Shown piece by piece: positions 17,027-26,498 of a stretch of DNA of 64,000 nucleotides. The translations under genes were made by a program, and so were the position numbers. Numbering within the stretch: the first letter of the stretch is position 1; each line of letters begins with the position of its first letter. Where the stretch lies: assembly GCA_025060395.1 (NCBI GenBank), contig JANXCC010000007.1, forward strand, positions 3,308-67,307. The letters are read 5' to 3'. The notes beneath the pieces were generated by a model. It ran no database searches, had not been told where the DNA came from, and saw nothing but the letters and a program-made list of their open reading frames with translations. Origin of the DNA: Candidatus Bipolaricaulota bacterium (lineage in GTDB: Bacteria > Bipolaricaulota > Bipolaricaulia > RBG-16-55-9 > DRXL01).

Positions 17027-19669
17027 TTAGAACCCAATTCGAAACTCGCGCTCGAACCGCACGCTCCACCCCACTCGTGCGCCTTCTTGCGTGTTCACCC
17101 ACAAGGGATATTCTATATACACAATAGGGGATCCGTAAAATCCGAGCGTCACGCCGAGCCCTACCTCCGCGCGCACCTTTCGCTGCTCTCGGTCGAAAAC
17201 CGCTGCATTCGCAAATATAATCGCGCCCATGGAGAGCGGGATCGGCCCAATATCTATTTTGTTCAGCATGGGGATGGGAAGCCGAAGCTCATTCGTTTGG
17301 GCAAAGACCCAGTCGCTCTGCACGTCAAATGCGCGAAAGCCCGCAAAATCTTTGAGTCGAAAATCACGCTCTTCGGGAGCACGCTCCTCACGCCAGCCGA
17401 ACACCGTACGCTGCACCCAGAGCGTCTGCCACCACAGCCGAACGCGAAGCTCTTGACTCCATGAGAACTTCTGAAACGTATACTCCCCGCCCCACAAAGC
17501 CAAGCCCACTGTATAGTTTACGGCCAGCCGCGTGACTTGTGAATAACGTTCGTAGCTCATCCCTACTGAGAAGAGGCGCCCCGGATCGCGCGCGACGTCG
17601 TAGCGATTGTGATAGAGGGCACTGAGCGAGAACCGTACATCTGTTCTGTCGCGGTGCCAACGGAAGTGAATTACCCCGTCGTGAGCGAGAATGTGCCCAT
17701 CGTCTTTCTGCGTGAAAGCCCACTCTGAAGTGCAGCGATCGGCAAAACAAAACGTGCTCTTGAGACTCTGCTTGAAGACGATTCTCCCAAGTCCAAACGC
17801 CCAGCCCACGTGTATGTGCATCACTCTCAAGCCCAAGATCAGCCCGTCGTCTGGACGGCCGTGAAGCGTCCCGTGATCAAGCCACAGACTCATATCAAGT
17901 CTCTTGGGGGCAGAGTTATCCGAGCGATCCAAATCGGGCAGCACACGGTCGGGATCGAGCGTCACGGACCTGACGGGCTTATCTGTGATGAACGTGAGCG
18001 TTCCCCGCCGGTCGAGCATCTCCCAGCGCTGGCGCACCTTCGTGCCGTCGGCGAGCGTTGCTTCAGCGTCGACGGGGATGCGCATCTCGCCCTTTTGCAA
18101 GACCGGCACGCGCGTCACGTATTTGTCCTCGATCTTGCGCGAGATCAGTCGTCCAGCGCTGACGTCGAGCATCCTGGTCGTCGTGAGCCATTGCGCAAAA
18201 AATTCTCTCAGATCGCGTCCGGAGACGTCCTCAGCAGTTTTTATAAAATCTTCAGCAGTGACTTGCTTATAGCGATAGCGTCGGTAGTACTCTTGCATGA
18301 TCTGGTCGAATTTCTCGGTGCCCACTAAATTCTCCAGGGCGAAGAGCATCAGCGCGCCCTTGTGATAGGGGAGGACAGTCTTGCCCGACGGAACTTTATG
18401 TAACGGCGTCGCGAGGGGGGCTTCGCGGCCCTCGCGAGCGATGCGCGTGTAAGTGCTCAGCAGCCCTGCTCGCTCATTGCTCTCCTTGAAAATCTCTGTG
18501 AGCAAGCTGAGCCCTTGCGCTTTCAGCCAGAGAGTATCAAAGGAGTTTGCGGCTTTGCCGTATTTGTGCTCCATGTAGCTGACTTGAGCAAATGTTGCGA
18601 AGCCCTCGTCGAGCCAAGTCTCTTCTAATTGATTGTTCATAAAAATCCCGTAGAACCATTGGTGGGCGGTCTCGTGTGCTGTGACGCTGTCGAGCATCGT
18701 AAACAGCTCTGGGATGCGATAGAGCATGTAGCTCTGCTGAATGATTTGGGGGTACTCCATGGCAAAGCCGAAGCCTCTGATCTCGGCGACGGTAAAAGTC
18801 GAGTACGGATAGCGCCCGAAGCGTCTGCTGAAGTACTCAAGAGCGTCTCGAGCGTACTGGGCGGCGCGCTTGCCTGCGGCGGCGTCCTCAGGGAAATAGA
18901 GCGAGACAATCGTGACGTCCTCCCACTGAAGAGTTTCGCTCTGGTAGCGTGCGTCGGCGACCCACGCGAAGTCGTGCACGTTATCCGCGATATAGGTGAG
19001 CGTCTTGGTGCCATCAGGGTTCATAGTTTCGCGATAGAGCTGGCCCGTCGCGCCGACGACCATCTTTTGGGGAACTGTCAGCTCGACAGAATAGTGCGCG
19101 AAGTCTTCGTAGGGTTCGCTGGCGCCGAACGCATGGGCCACGTCGGGGTGCCAGCCCTTTTGATCATAGACGCTCAGCTTGGGGTACCACCACGAGATAT
19201 AATAATTGCCCTGATCGTGCCCCAGACGTTCGAGGGCGTTGGGAATCTTGAGAATAAATTTCACAGTGATCTCAACGGTCTGATCGGGGGCGATGGGCGT
19301 CTCCGGCTCGATTTTGAGAATCGTGTCGTCAATAAAATATTTGACTTCTTTGCCGTCGAGCTTCAGCTCTTGGATGAAGAGATACCCATAGTCGGGGCCA
19401 TTGGGAAAGAGCCTATCGAACGAGAGTTTGCCCATCTCGCGAGCTTGGATGCTCTCTTCAGAGAAGCGATTGGGCCACAAGTGCAGATAGAGTTCCGTGA
19501 GGGGCTTCTCGGCTTTGCTGGTGAAGAGAATTCTTTCATTGCCGTAGAGCTTGTGATCTTTCGCATCGAGTCGCGCGTGGATCTCGTAGGAGATCTCGTT
19601 GGGGAGCGCGAGAGCCGGCACGCACAGCCAACTGAGGGTTATGCAGGCGAGCAAGAGACTTCTGCGCAT
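17027..19669 (-). CDS. M1-family metallopeptidase fused to a C-terminal Omp85-like beta-barrel
   Basis: 880 aa with a signal peptide, GFAMEYPQ (GAMEN-like), HETAHQWFYG and WLDEGFA. The last ~300 aa are amphipathic beta-strand sequence ending ...VRFEREFRIGF. Confidence 0.8.
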   Translation of the reverse strand: MRRSLLLACITLSWLCVPALALPNEISYEIHARLDAKDHKLYGNERILFTSKAEKPLTELYLHLWPNRFSEESIQAREMGKLSFDRLFPNGPDYGYLFIQELKLDGKEVKYFIDDTILKIEPETPIAPDQTVEITVKFILKIPNALERLGHDQGNYYISWWYPKLSVYDQKGWHPDVAHAFGASEPYEDFAHYSVELTVPQKMVVGATGQLYRETMNPDGTKTLTYIADNVHDFAWVADARYQSETLQWEDVTIVSLYFPEDAAAGKRAAQYARDALEYFSRRFGRYPYSTFTVAEIRGFGFAMEYPQIIQQSYMLYRIPELFTMLDSVTAHETAHQWFYGIFMNNQLEETWLDEGFATFAQVSYMEHKYGKAANSFDTLWLKAQGLSLLTEIFKESNERAGLLSTYTRIAREGREAPLATPLHKVPSGKTVLPYHKGALMLFALENLVGTEKFDQIMQEYYRRYRYKQVTAEDFIKTAEDVSGRDLREFFAQWLTTTRMLDVSAGRLISRKIEDKYVTRVPVLQKGEMRIPVDAEATLADGTKVRQRWEMLDRRGTLTFITDKPVRSVTLDPDRVLPDLDRSDNSAPKRLDMSLWLDHGTLHGRPDDGLILGLRVMHIHVGWAFGLGRIVFKQSLKSTFCFADRCTSEWAFTQKDDGHILAHDGVIHFRWHRDRTDVRFSLSALYHNRYDVARDPGRLFSVGMSYERYSQVTRLAVNYTVGLALWGGEYTFQKFSWSQELRVRLWWQTLWVQRTVFGWREERAPEERDFRLKDFAGFRAFDVQSDWVFAQTNELRLPIPMLNKIDIGPIPLSMGAIIFANAAVFDREQRKVRAEVGLGVTLGFYGSPIVYIEYPLWVNTQEGARVGWSVRFEREFRIGF

Positions 19670-19842
19670 AGGGGCCTCCTGAGCAATTCTAGGATTTTTG
19701 GTTGTGTGTTTAGTCTATCACACGCTGCGTTCCTTCTCCAGCCACGCGCACCCAAATTATTAAAGTTTTAGTACAGCCAATTCACTTCCTCTTCGATCTT
19801 GATAATTTGGATCTCGTTGCCAAGCAGTCGCTCTATATCTCT

Positions 19843-20085
19843 TCAGAACAGCCAAGCTAATTCTGGATTCGTTTGCAATAATCTAATGATTTCCTCTAGG
19901 ACTTCAATCCTTAGTTTTATATTCTCGAGCCGACGTCTTTCGCGTTCAGCTGGCAATTCAATTAAAATGCTAAGAAGCTCAACAAAAGTCTTGCCCGCGC
20001 TATAAAGCCAGCGGTCATTCCAATGATCAACTCGATTTGAAGCGGGGACTGTTTGGATAGCTTTCCAATCTTGAGTTCCAATCAT
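19843..20085 (-). CDS. hypothetical protein (80 aa) in an AT-rich islet
   Basis: Strong RBS (GAGGAGGATAGAGCG-ATG). I recognise no family. Local GC is about 32% (19/60 in 19861-19920). Confidence 0.4.
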   Translation of the reverse strand: MIGTQDWKAIQTVPASNRVDHWNDRWLYSAGKTFVELLSILIELPAERERRRLENIKLRIEVLEEIIRLLQTNPELAWLF

Positions 20086-20301
20086 CGCTCTATCCTCCTC
20101 TAGCGTCTATAGAAGTTAGGAGGGTAAAGAATGGGGTTATCAGGGCTCTCATAGAAGAGAACCAAACGGCCGCAAAGCATGGTAAGGTCGAAGATGAACT
20201 CTGTGATTGATCTTGCCGAAAGTTCCGGAACCTCTTTGCACGTTAGTAGAATCCTCCTTTTACGTGCTTCCTACCCACTCCAGCCGCGTGTCAGCTTTTC
20301 C

Positions 20302-23094
20302 CTACATTCCCCCTTGTACATCAAAATAGACCGTCGGCCCCGACTGGCCCTGCCCCTGCGCTAGCCCAACTCTTAACTCTATCGGTACTCTATACCCTAG
20401 CACGATCCTCAATCGCAACTCTCCCCCATAGCTGAAATGCGCTTCGTCCGACGTCAAAGGCTCGCCTGAAAGATATACCCCCTCTGCAAAGAGCGCTCCA
20501 TCTATCCGATCAAAGAAGACAGACCAGTGCCCTATCCCGTGTCCGATGTGCAAGATCGGAAAGACAAACTCCCAACCCGTGTAGATGACTTGCGTCGCTT
20601 TTCTGAAGTCTTTGGGAAAGCCCCGCAGCGACCAGAGCTCCCCAAGCCCGCCCACACTCAATGGCTCAAGATCGTCACGCGCTAAAACAGTGAGTCGACT
20701 CAAGCGATTCGCAAAACCTAACGGTAACTGAATGCTCTCGCGCTGCGCGACCTGAAAGAGCATTTTCCATAAATTGCGCTCCAGGACAAATTCGACAAAA
20801 AGCTCTACGTCTCGCCCGATACGCAAGAGATCGCTCCCACTCTCGAGCGACTCACGATAACGCACTGTGAACGACGGCATAAGCTGTCTGCCTTGGCACA
20901 CCTGTGCCCCAAATGCTAGTATCTGCTCTCGACCTACGACCCGTGAGGATGTCAGCTCGAGCTCCGCCCGCGCAACACTCTCAAACTCGGCAGTATGCTC
21001 CAGATGCACTGAAAGTCTAGGGCTGAGCGCGTTGATGGTCTCGGCGAACCAGCCTCGCTCTTTCACTGCCAACGCCACGGAGTAGTCAAACACCAACATC
21101 GGTTGCTGGGTAGGAAGATCAACCCCAGCATAGAGTGTATAGTTGTGATGCCTAAGCGGGTCGAACCCGACAAAGAGCACGGCAGGCTGCAGAGGATTGG
21201 GCACGGGCATCCACAGGCGTGGCGCTAAGAACTCTTCAGCACGATAGGGCTTTTCTGACAGAGACCCTGCACGCCAGCCGGGCCATTCTATAACGCTCGC
21301 GCGCGCAAACTGCACTGGCTTCCAACTTTGGGGATCGTAGTCCATCACGTGTAGCTCATAGCCCTTGGTGCTGTAGCTGATAAACGCAATCTTTGTCCCA
21401 TCGGGCGAGACTGCTGGCGCGAACGCGCCCGTCAGCAGATTCGTCACTTTAAAAAATTGTCCGTCGGAGACGCGATACGCATAGAGATTGTAGATGCCGT
21501 CGCGCTCGGAGCTGAAGAGAATATATTGACCATCGGGGGACCAGTCTGGGTCAAAGTCTCCGGCTTTGTCTTGGGTGAGAGCTGTCAGCGACGAGCCGTC
21601 TGCACTCAGCAGATAGAGATCTTGGTAGCCGCCCATCTTCCAGAGAGTCAGGGCAATCTGGGTGCCATCGGGGGAGATCGCGAATGAGTCTATCAGGGTC
21701 CCCTCAGGGAACTCATAGAACGGCACGGTTCTTTCGCTGTTTAGCTCGTAGATCGCAAGTATAGGAGCTTGGCCGTTGGGACGCTGCTGCGCAAAGAGAA
21801 TCTTTGTGCCGTTGGGGAAGAAGACGGGATTGTACGCACGAGCGCGCTCTGTTAATCGACGCTCTTCTTTCTTCTCTAAATCCCATAGATAGAGATCGGC
21901 GTAGAGATAGTGATTCTCGAAGATCTCGTGTCTAGTGTAGAGCACGGACTTGCCGTCGGGAGAGACGTGCGGGGCTGGAGCGAAGAACGGTGGTCTAAAG
22001 AAATCGAGTTCGAAGGGCACAACGAAGAGAAACTGTTCGTCCTTGCCGTCGGGAGTGATGCGTCGGACGGACGCTTCGCGAACTACGTCTTTGTGATAGT
22101 AATAGATAAATTTCCCGTCGGGCGCCCATGCCGGATCGTTGTGCCAATAGCTTAAGCGACTGATCTTGCGTGACTGCGTAACGCCCTCACTCTTGATTTT
22201 TTCGATCTGGGGCTCAAACTGGACCTTGAGCCAAGCGCGCCAAGCCCTTTCTAGCTCCTGAGCCGAGACACCAAGAGCTCTCTTGAAAACGTTCCCAAAA
22301 TCGTTGATCGTTCCCAAAGTCAAGAGAGGCCAGAGTGAATCAGCGTTGATCTCGTCGATCCTAGCAAATGCTTCGTCGCCATACGTTTCAGCGATGAAGC
22401 GGCCAAACCAAGCGCCCCAGTCGTGGGCGAGCATATATCCTGAGGGCCAATGGGGTGGATTGTAGCCGTAGCCGACGCCCATCTGAGCTAAGGGCGTAAA
22501 GCGATTCTCCAGCACTTCGGCTCGGAGGTACATGGCATCTCGTGCGGAGTTGGAGCGCGACGCGCCAGCTCGCTTCAATTCAAAATAGATGGGGATGCCT
22601 TCAATGATCGTACCAGGCTTGCTCGCGTTGGGGAGCGTGAGCAGCGGGCCGAGCCAGGGGCGCAGCTTCTCCGAAAGCCCCGAAACTTTCGTAATATCGA
22701 AGATATGCCCAATCTCGTGATATAAGACGTCTTCGAGCCAAGAGGGGTTTTGCGAGTTGAGCCATTCATTAAAGACACGAGCGTTGGAGACACTGGCGAT
22801 GACGTCTCCAAAGGGATTGGCCGCGCCCACGGCAAAGTCCGACGGATCAGCCAAGATAATATTAATCTTGAGGGGGACAGCGTATCTCAGCTCCTTCGCC
22901 CAGAACTGATACGCTTCTTCGCTAATGAGCGCAGCTTCTTGGGCAATCGCTTCTAGGCCCTCATGATAGATCACGTTGAAGTGCTCTGTTGTGAGCACAT
23001 ACCAATCGAGCGTGGGATCTAGGTCAAGAAACTGCGCCGACGTCGAGAGCCCGAACGTAAGCATAAGAATGAGACTACACACTATGAGACGCAT
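20302..23094 (-). CDS. secreted HExxH peptidase-like domain, PD40/TolB-type beta-propeller and Omp85-like C-terminal barrel
   Basis: The start MRLIVCSLILMLTFGLSTSAQ is at ATG 23094 after AAGGAGG. It has YHEIGH and the PD40 repeats SPDGKSVLY, SPDGTQIAL, SPDGQYILFSSERDG and SPDGTKIAFIS. The C-terminal ~300 aa carry LRGF and GGELRLRIVLGYRVPIELRVGLAQG. Confidence 0.7.
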   Translation of the reverse strand: MRLIVCSLILMLTFGLSTSAQFLDLDPTLDWYVLTTEHFNVIYHEGLEAIAQEAALISEEAYQFWAKELRYAVPLKINIILADPSDFAVGAANPFGDVIASVSNARVFNEWLNSQNPSWLEDVLYHEIGHIFDITKVSGLSEKLRPWLGPLLTLPNASKPGTIIEGIPIYFELKRAGASRSNSARDAMYLRAEVLENRFTPLAQMGVGYGYNPPHWPSGYMLAHDWGAWFGRFIAETYGDEAFARIDEINADSLWPLLTLGTINDFGNVFKRALGVSAQELERAWRAWLKVQFEPQIEKIKSEGVTQSRKISRLSYWHNDPAWAPDGKFIYYYHKDVVREASVRRITPDGKDEQFLFVVPFELDFFRPPFFAPAPHVSPDGKSVLYTRHEIFENHYLYADLYLWDLEKKEERRLTERARAYNPVFFPNGTKILFAQQRPNGQAPILAIYELNSERTVPFYEFPEGTLIDSFAISPDGTQIALTLWKMGGYQDLYLLSADGSSLTALTQDKAGDFDPDWSPDGQYILFSSERDGIYNLYAYRVSDGQFFKVTNLLTGAFAPAVSPDGTKIAFISYSTKGYELHVMDYDPQSWKPVQFARASVIEWPGWRAGSLSEKPYRAEEFLAPRLWMPVPNPLQPAVLFVGFDPLRHHNYTLYAGVDLPTQQPMLVFDYSVALAVKERGWFAETINALSPRLSVHLEHTAEFESVARAELELTSSRVVGREQILAFGAQVCQGRQLMPSFTVRYRESLESGSDLLRIGRDVELFVEFVLERNLWKMLFQVAQRESIQLPLGFANRLSRLTVLARDDLEPLSVGGLGELWSLRGFPKDFRKATQVIYTGWEFVFPILHIGHGIGHWSVFFDRIDGALFAEGVYLSGEPLTSDEAHFSYGGELRLRIVLGYRVPIELRVGLAQGQGQSGPTVYFDVQGGM

Positions 23095-23167
23095 CTTGGC
23101 CTCCTTGGATATGTGCATCACGGAAAGCATGAAAGCGATTTTATTCCTATACTTTCAGTAGTGTGCG

Positions 23168-23392
23168 CTATTCTCCGAAATCCTCGACTTTGAAGTTCTC
23201 GGCTTCCTCGAGGACTTTTTTGACGCGCAGTTGCGCTTCACTTAATCGCTTCTGAATGGAGTCGGCAAGCTTGACCCCTTCTTCAAAGAGCTCCAGAGAT
23301 TCCTCGAGCGAGATCTGCTCGTTTTCTAATTGGCGAACGATCTCTTCTAGACGCGCGAGTGCCGGCTCAATCTTGAGAGGGTGCTGTTCCAT
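23168..23392 (-). CDS. xseB: exodeoxyribonuclease VII small subunit
   Basis: MEQHPLKIEPALARLEEIVRQLENEQISLEESLELFEEGVKL is the typical XseB helical hairpin. It overlaps the end of xseA. Confidence 0.85.
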   Translation of the reverse strand: MEQHPLKIEPALARLEEIVRQLENEQISLEESLELFEEGVKLADSIQKRLSEAQLRVKKVLEEAENFKVEDFGE

Positions 23393-24656
23393 GGTTGGCC
23401 TCCTTGGCCTCAACGCGACTCAATAATTTCCCTCGATATAATCGAATGATGACGCGCTCCCCTACGCGTACATGCTCAACCGAGGATACAGGTCGCCCCT
23501 CTTCGTCCTCCACAACGGAGAAGCCGCGCCGCAGCACGCTAATGGGATTGACGCTCTCCAAGTGCTGCATTAAGGTCTGCCATTGCTCTTGAAGGCGCGC
23601 CAGGCGCTGACGCATCGCGCGCAGCAATAGCTCCGACGCATGATCGAGCGACTGCTCATGCTCCCGCAGAAGCTGGATTGGTCTATGCAGCCCACGGCTG
23701 CGCCGCAGCATCTCCACCCGCAAACGATAGTTCTCAATACGCCCTAGGAGACGTTGCTCTAGCTGAGTTTGCGCACTTCGAGTGAATTCAAGAAGCTCCC
23801 TCTTGTCGGGGACGGCCATCTGAGCCGCGGCTGTGGGCGTGGGCGCGCGCACGTCCGCGACAAGATCCGAGATCGTTATATCGACTTCGTGCCCGACCGC
23901 GGAGATGATAGGAATACGGGACTCGAAAATCGCGCGGGCGACGGGCTCCTCGTTGAACGCCCATAAGTCTTCTATAGAGCCGCCACCGCGCGTGACGATC
24001 AGCGTGTCTATGGGCTCTCTCTCCAGAGCGTAGCGATTGGCGATACGGATCGCCGAGGCGATCTCTGCCGCAGCGCCCTCCCCCTGGACGCGCGTGGGAA
24101 AGAGCAACACTGTGACAAGGGGATATCGCTCACGCAAGATCTTCAGAATATCTCTGAGAGCCGCACCTTCAGGGGACGTGACGATCCCAATACGCTCTGG
24201 GAAGCGCGGGATGGGTTGCTTAAACCGCGCGTCGAAGAGCCCTTCAGTATGCAAGCGCTCTTTGAGCCTTTCAAACTCTAACTGCAGTTTGCCAACGCCC
24301 GCCGGGTGCATCTCCAAGACATCAATTTGATAGCGTCCCTTCCGTTCATAGAGCGTGATCTGCCCAAACGCGATGACCTTCTGACCGTCGGCAGGGGTGA
24401 ACTGCAAGAGTGCGTTCCGGTCAGCAAACATCACCGCGGCGATCTCAGCAGCCTCATCTTTGAGGGTGAAGTACATGTGCCCGTTGCGATGATGGGTAAA
24501 GTTGGAGATCTCGCCTTCAAGCCAGAGCGCGGGGATGCCCGCTTCGAGCAGATCGTGCACGACACGATTGAGCTGGCTGACAGTAAAGATCGGCGGAGCA
24601 GTCTCAGGCGGCTGCTGTCGAGCTGTCTCGGTGAAGAGGAATCGCATCTCGCTCAT
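23367..24656 (-). CDS. xseA: exodeoxyribonuclease VII large subunit
   Basis: 429 aa with an N-terminal OB fold (FTVSQLNRVVHDLLE...WLEGEISNF), the catalytic region (GIVTSPEGAALRDIL, RGGGSIEDLWAFN) and a coiled-coil tail. Confidence 0.9.
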   Translation of the reverse strand: MSEMRFLFTETARQQPPETAPPIFTVSQLNRVVHDLLEAGIPALWLEGEISNFTHHRNGHMYFTLKDEAAEIAAVMFADRNALLQFTPADGQKVIAFGQITLYERKGRYQIDVLEMHPAGVGKLQLEFERLKERLHTEGLFDARFKQPIPRFPERIGIVTSPEGAALRDILKILRERYPLVTVLLFPTRVQGEGAAAEIASAIRIANRYALEREPIDTLIVTRGGGSIEDLWAFNEEPVARAIFESRIPIISAVGHEVDITISDLVADVRAPTPTAAAQMAVPDKRELLEFTRSAQTQLEQRLLGRIENYRLRVEMLRRSRGLHRPIQLLREHEQSLDHASELLLRAMRQRLARLQEQWQTLMQHLESVNPISVLRRGFSVVEDEEGRPVSSVEHVRVGERVIIRLYRGKLLSRVEAKEANHGTAPSQD

Positions 24657-24693
24657 CGCTCTATCTTAGCGCGAGAGCGTCGTGGCGATCAAC

Positions 24694-25992
24694 TTAGAAC
24701 TTTACTCTGATTGAAGGGCTGACGTAGAGCAAATACTCTCGGCGCATTTGCGCTTCGAGGCTCGCCATCCAAGCCCATGTCCCAGGGCCCGCAAATCCCC
24801 AGCTCAGCTCGACTCTTTGATTGTAAAAGCCGTTGATCAAACCGCCCATGAATGCCGTCTGCGACCGAAATCTGAATGGATCAAACTCTGCAACGACCTC
24901 CAGCGTATGCATCAACCCTACAGGATCTTGAGCGACTATCTCGTCCCTGAAAGAGATCGCTCCCCACTGGACGAAGAAGCTCAAGCGCCTGGCAGGAAAG
25001 TGAAAGAATCCATTAGGATCGATAAATTCGATCTCGAAGACCCCTTCCCCTAGCTGCACCGTCCACCCAAAGCTCACAAAGGACGGCGTTGCTAGATCGT
25101 TGAGCACGATCTTCTGATAGACGACTACGCCCATCAGGGAGACCCGAAGCGAGAGAATGAGCTGCGAGAGCTCAATGGTCGTGAAGTCGAACGCAAGTTC
25201 TGCTCCTAGCGTTACTCCGGCGATCGTCACGTTTCTAATGATGAGCTTCTCTTCTTGGAAGCCGAGGCCGGGCACGACGCGGCCTTCAAAGGAGCGTTCA
25301 AAGGCTTTGCACTCGCCAAAGCACTCCCAACCTTGCCGAGCCCCGATATATGTCTGCATCATGACCTCAGCACCCCCAGGAGTGCGGCCCCCGGCCTCGA
25401 AGATAAGCCCGCTCTGAAAATCTGGGGTAGAGGCCGTCCCGAAATTTGCGACCAACATGGTGACCGTGAACCAGACGCCCCAGAGGTTGATCGACATTTG
25501 AGAGATAAGCTTTCTGAACTGTAAGGGCTCGTCGAGGGTGGGCGCCAGTAACTTCGAGAGATCTAGAGGCGAAGCCAGCTCGTCTATGAACATCCGTAGA
25601 GGGACACCGACTAACCCCGGATCGGGCTGAGCAAACCGAATCGTCCAGAAAGGGTCGTCATCGATCTCGAGAATATTAGGGGCGAAGATTACGACGTTTC
25701 TGAACGTGATTGCCATGCCCGCGTACATCTCGAGGGCCTGAAATTCTGCGCCCTTGAAGCTGAAGACGCTTGTGCTTGTGAGCGCAAGCCCGCTTACGTA
25801 TAGCCCTAGCTGAAGGATTGTCTCAGCGTCGACGTTGATCTGATCTATCTTAGTTTGACCAAAGGTGAGCGGCTCAAAGAAGATAGCCAGCTGAACCTCG
25901 CCGGAGATGGGCGCGGCCAAGCCCGTCGCTGGCTCCCAGCCCCAAGCCCCTAGCTGCGCAACAGCAATAGCGATAAGGAGCGCCCTCTTCAT
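24694..25992 (-). CDS. predicted outer-membrane beta-barrel protein (no family recognised)
   Basis: 432 aa with a signal peptide (MKRALLIAIAVAQLGAWG). It is beta-strand rich and ends ...YVSPSIRVKF (terminal Phe). Its start overlaps the upstream stop (ATGA). Confidence 0.5.
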   Translation of the reverse strand: MKRALLIAIAVAQLGAWGWEPATGLAAPISGEVQLAIFFEPLTFGQTKIDQINVDAETILQLGLYVSGLALTSTSVFSFKGAEFQALEMYAGMAITFRNVVIFAPNILEIDDDPFWTIRFAQPDPGLVGVPLRMFIDELASPLDLSKLLAPTLDEPLQFRKLISQMSINLWGVWFTVTMLVANFGTASTPDFQSGLIFEAGGRTPGGAEVMMQTYIGARQGWECFGECKAFERSFEGRVVPGLGFQEEKLIIRNVTIAGVTLGAELAFDFTTIELSQLILSLRVSLMGVVVYQKIVLNDLATPSFVSFGWTVQLGEGVFEIEFIDPNGFFHFPARRLSFFVQWGAISFRDEIVAQDPVGLMHTLEVVAEFDPFRFRSQTAFMGGLINGFYNQRVELSWGFAGPGTWAWMASLEAQMRREYLLYVSPSIRVKF

Positions 25993-26498
25993 GGTGCGAC
26001 GATCACCACCTGACCGGCTATGGGCGGACCGAGGGGAATAGGCTGCCCAACTCTATCGGTGAAGAGATCGATAGCTGTTATGGTGAGCGCGGTTTGTGCG
26101 CCCACAGAGCCTATGGCTTGGACACTCATCTCAATGATAGGGATTTGGAGTACCCCTAGCCCTGGAGCGACGATGGGCCGGATGCTTCCCCCAGAGAAGC
26201 TCGCCACAAACTGCACCCACCCCATCAGGTTATTGATCGTGCTCCCAAAGACAGTAAACCCGTTCACCCCAGTTAGCCCTGCCACTTGAATGACTGCAGG
26301 ATTGAACGTCAAGAATCCTCCAGGACCGACTTGGATGGTCTTGACATCTGGGGGATTCAGAACACTGATGCGAACAATTCCCGTTCCCCCGGAGGGCAGC
26401 TCGAGCGTACCTACTATAACCTGAGTACGATAAGATCCCTCGCAGCCCGTTATGAGCCCTAGCGCTATGATCAGGCCCACCAGCACTCTAGGCTTCAT
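25989..26498 (-). CDS. cohesin-like lipoprotein
   Basis: 169 aa with a lipobox (LGLITGC). Its single beta-sandwich pattern resembles cohesin modules (IQVGPGGFLTFNPAVIQVAGLTGVNGF...GWVQFVASFSG...LTITAIDLFTD). Its start overlaps the stop of the giant gene (ATGA). Confidence 0.5.
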   Translation of the reverse strand: MKPRVLVGLIIALGLITGCEGSYRTQVIVGTLELPSGGTGIVRISVLNPPDVKTIQVGPGGFLTFNPAVIQVAGLTGVNGFTVFGSTINNLMGWVQFVASFSGGSIRPIVAPGLGVLQIPIIEMSVQAIGSVGAQTALTITAIDLFTDRVGQPIPLGPPIAGQVVIVAP

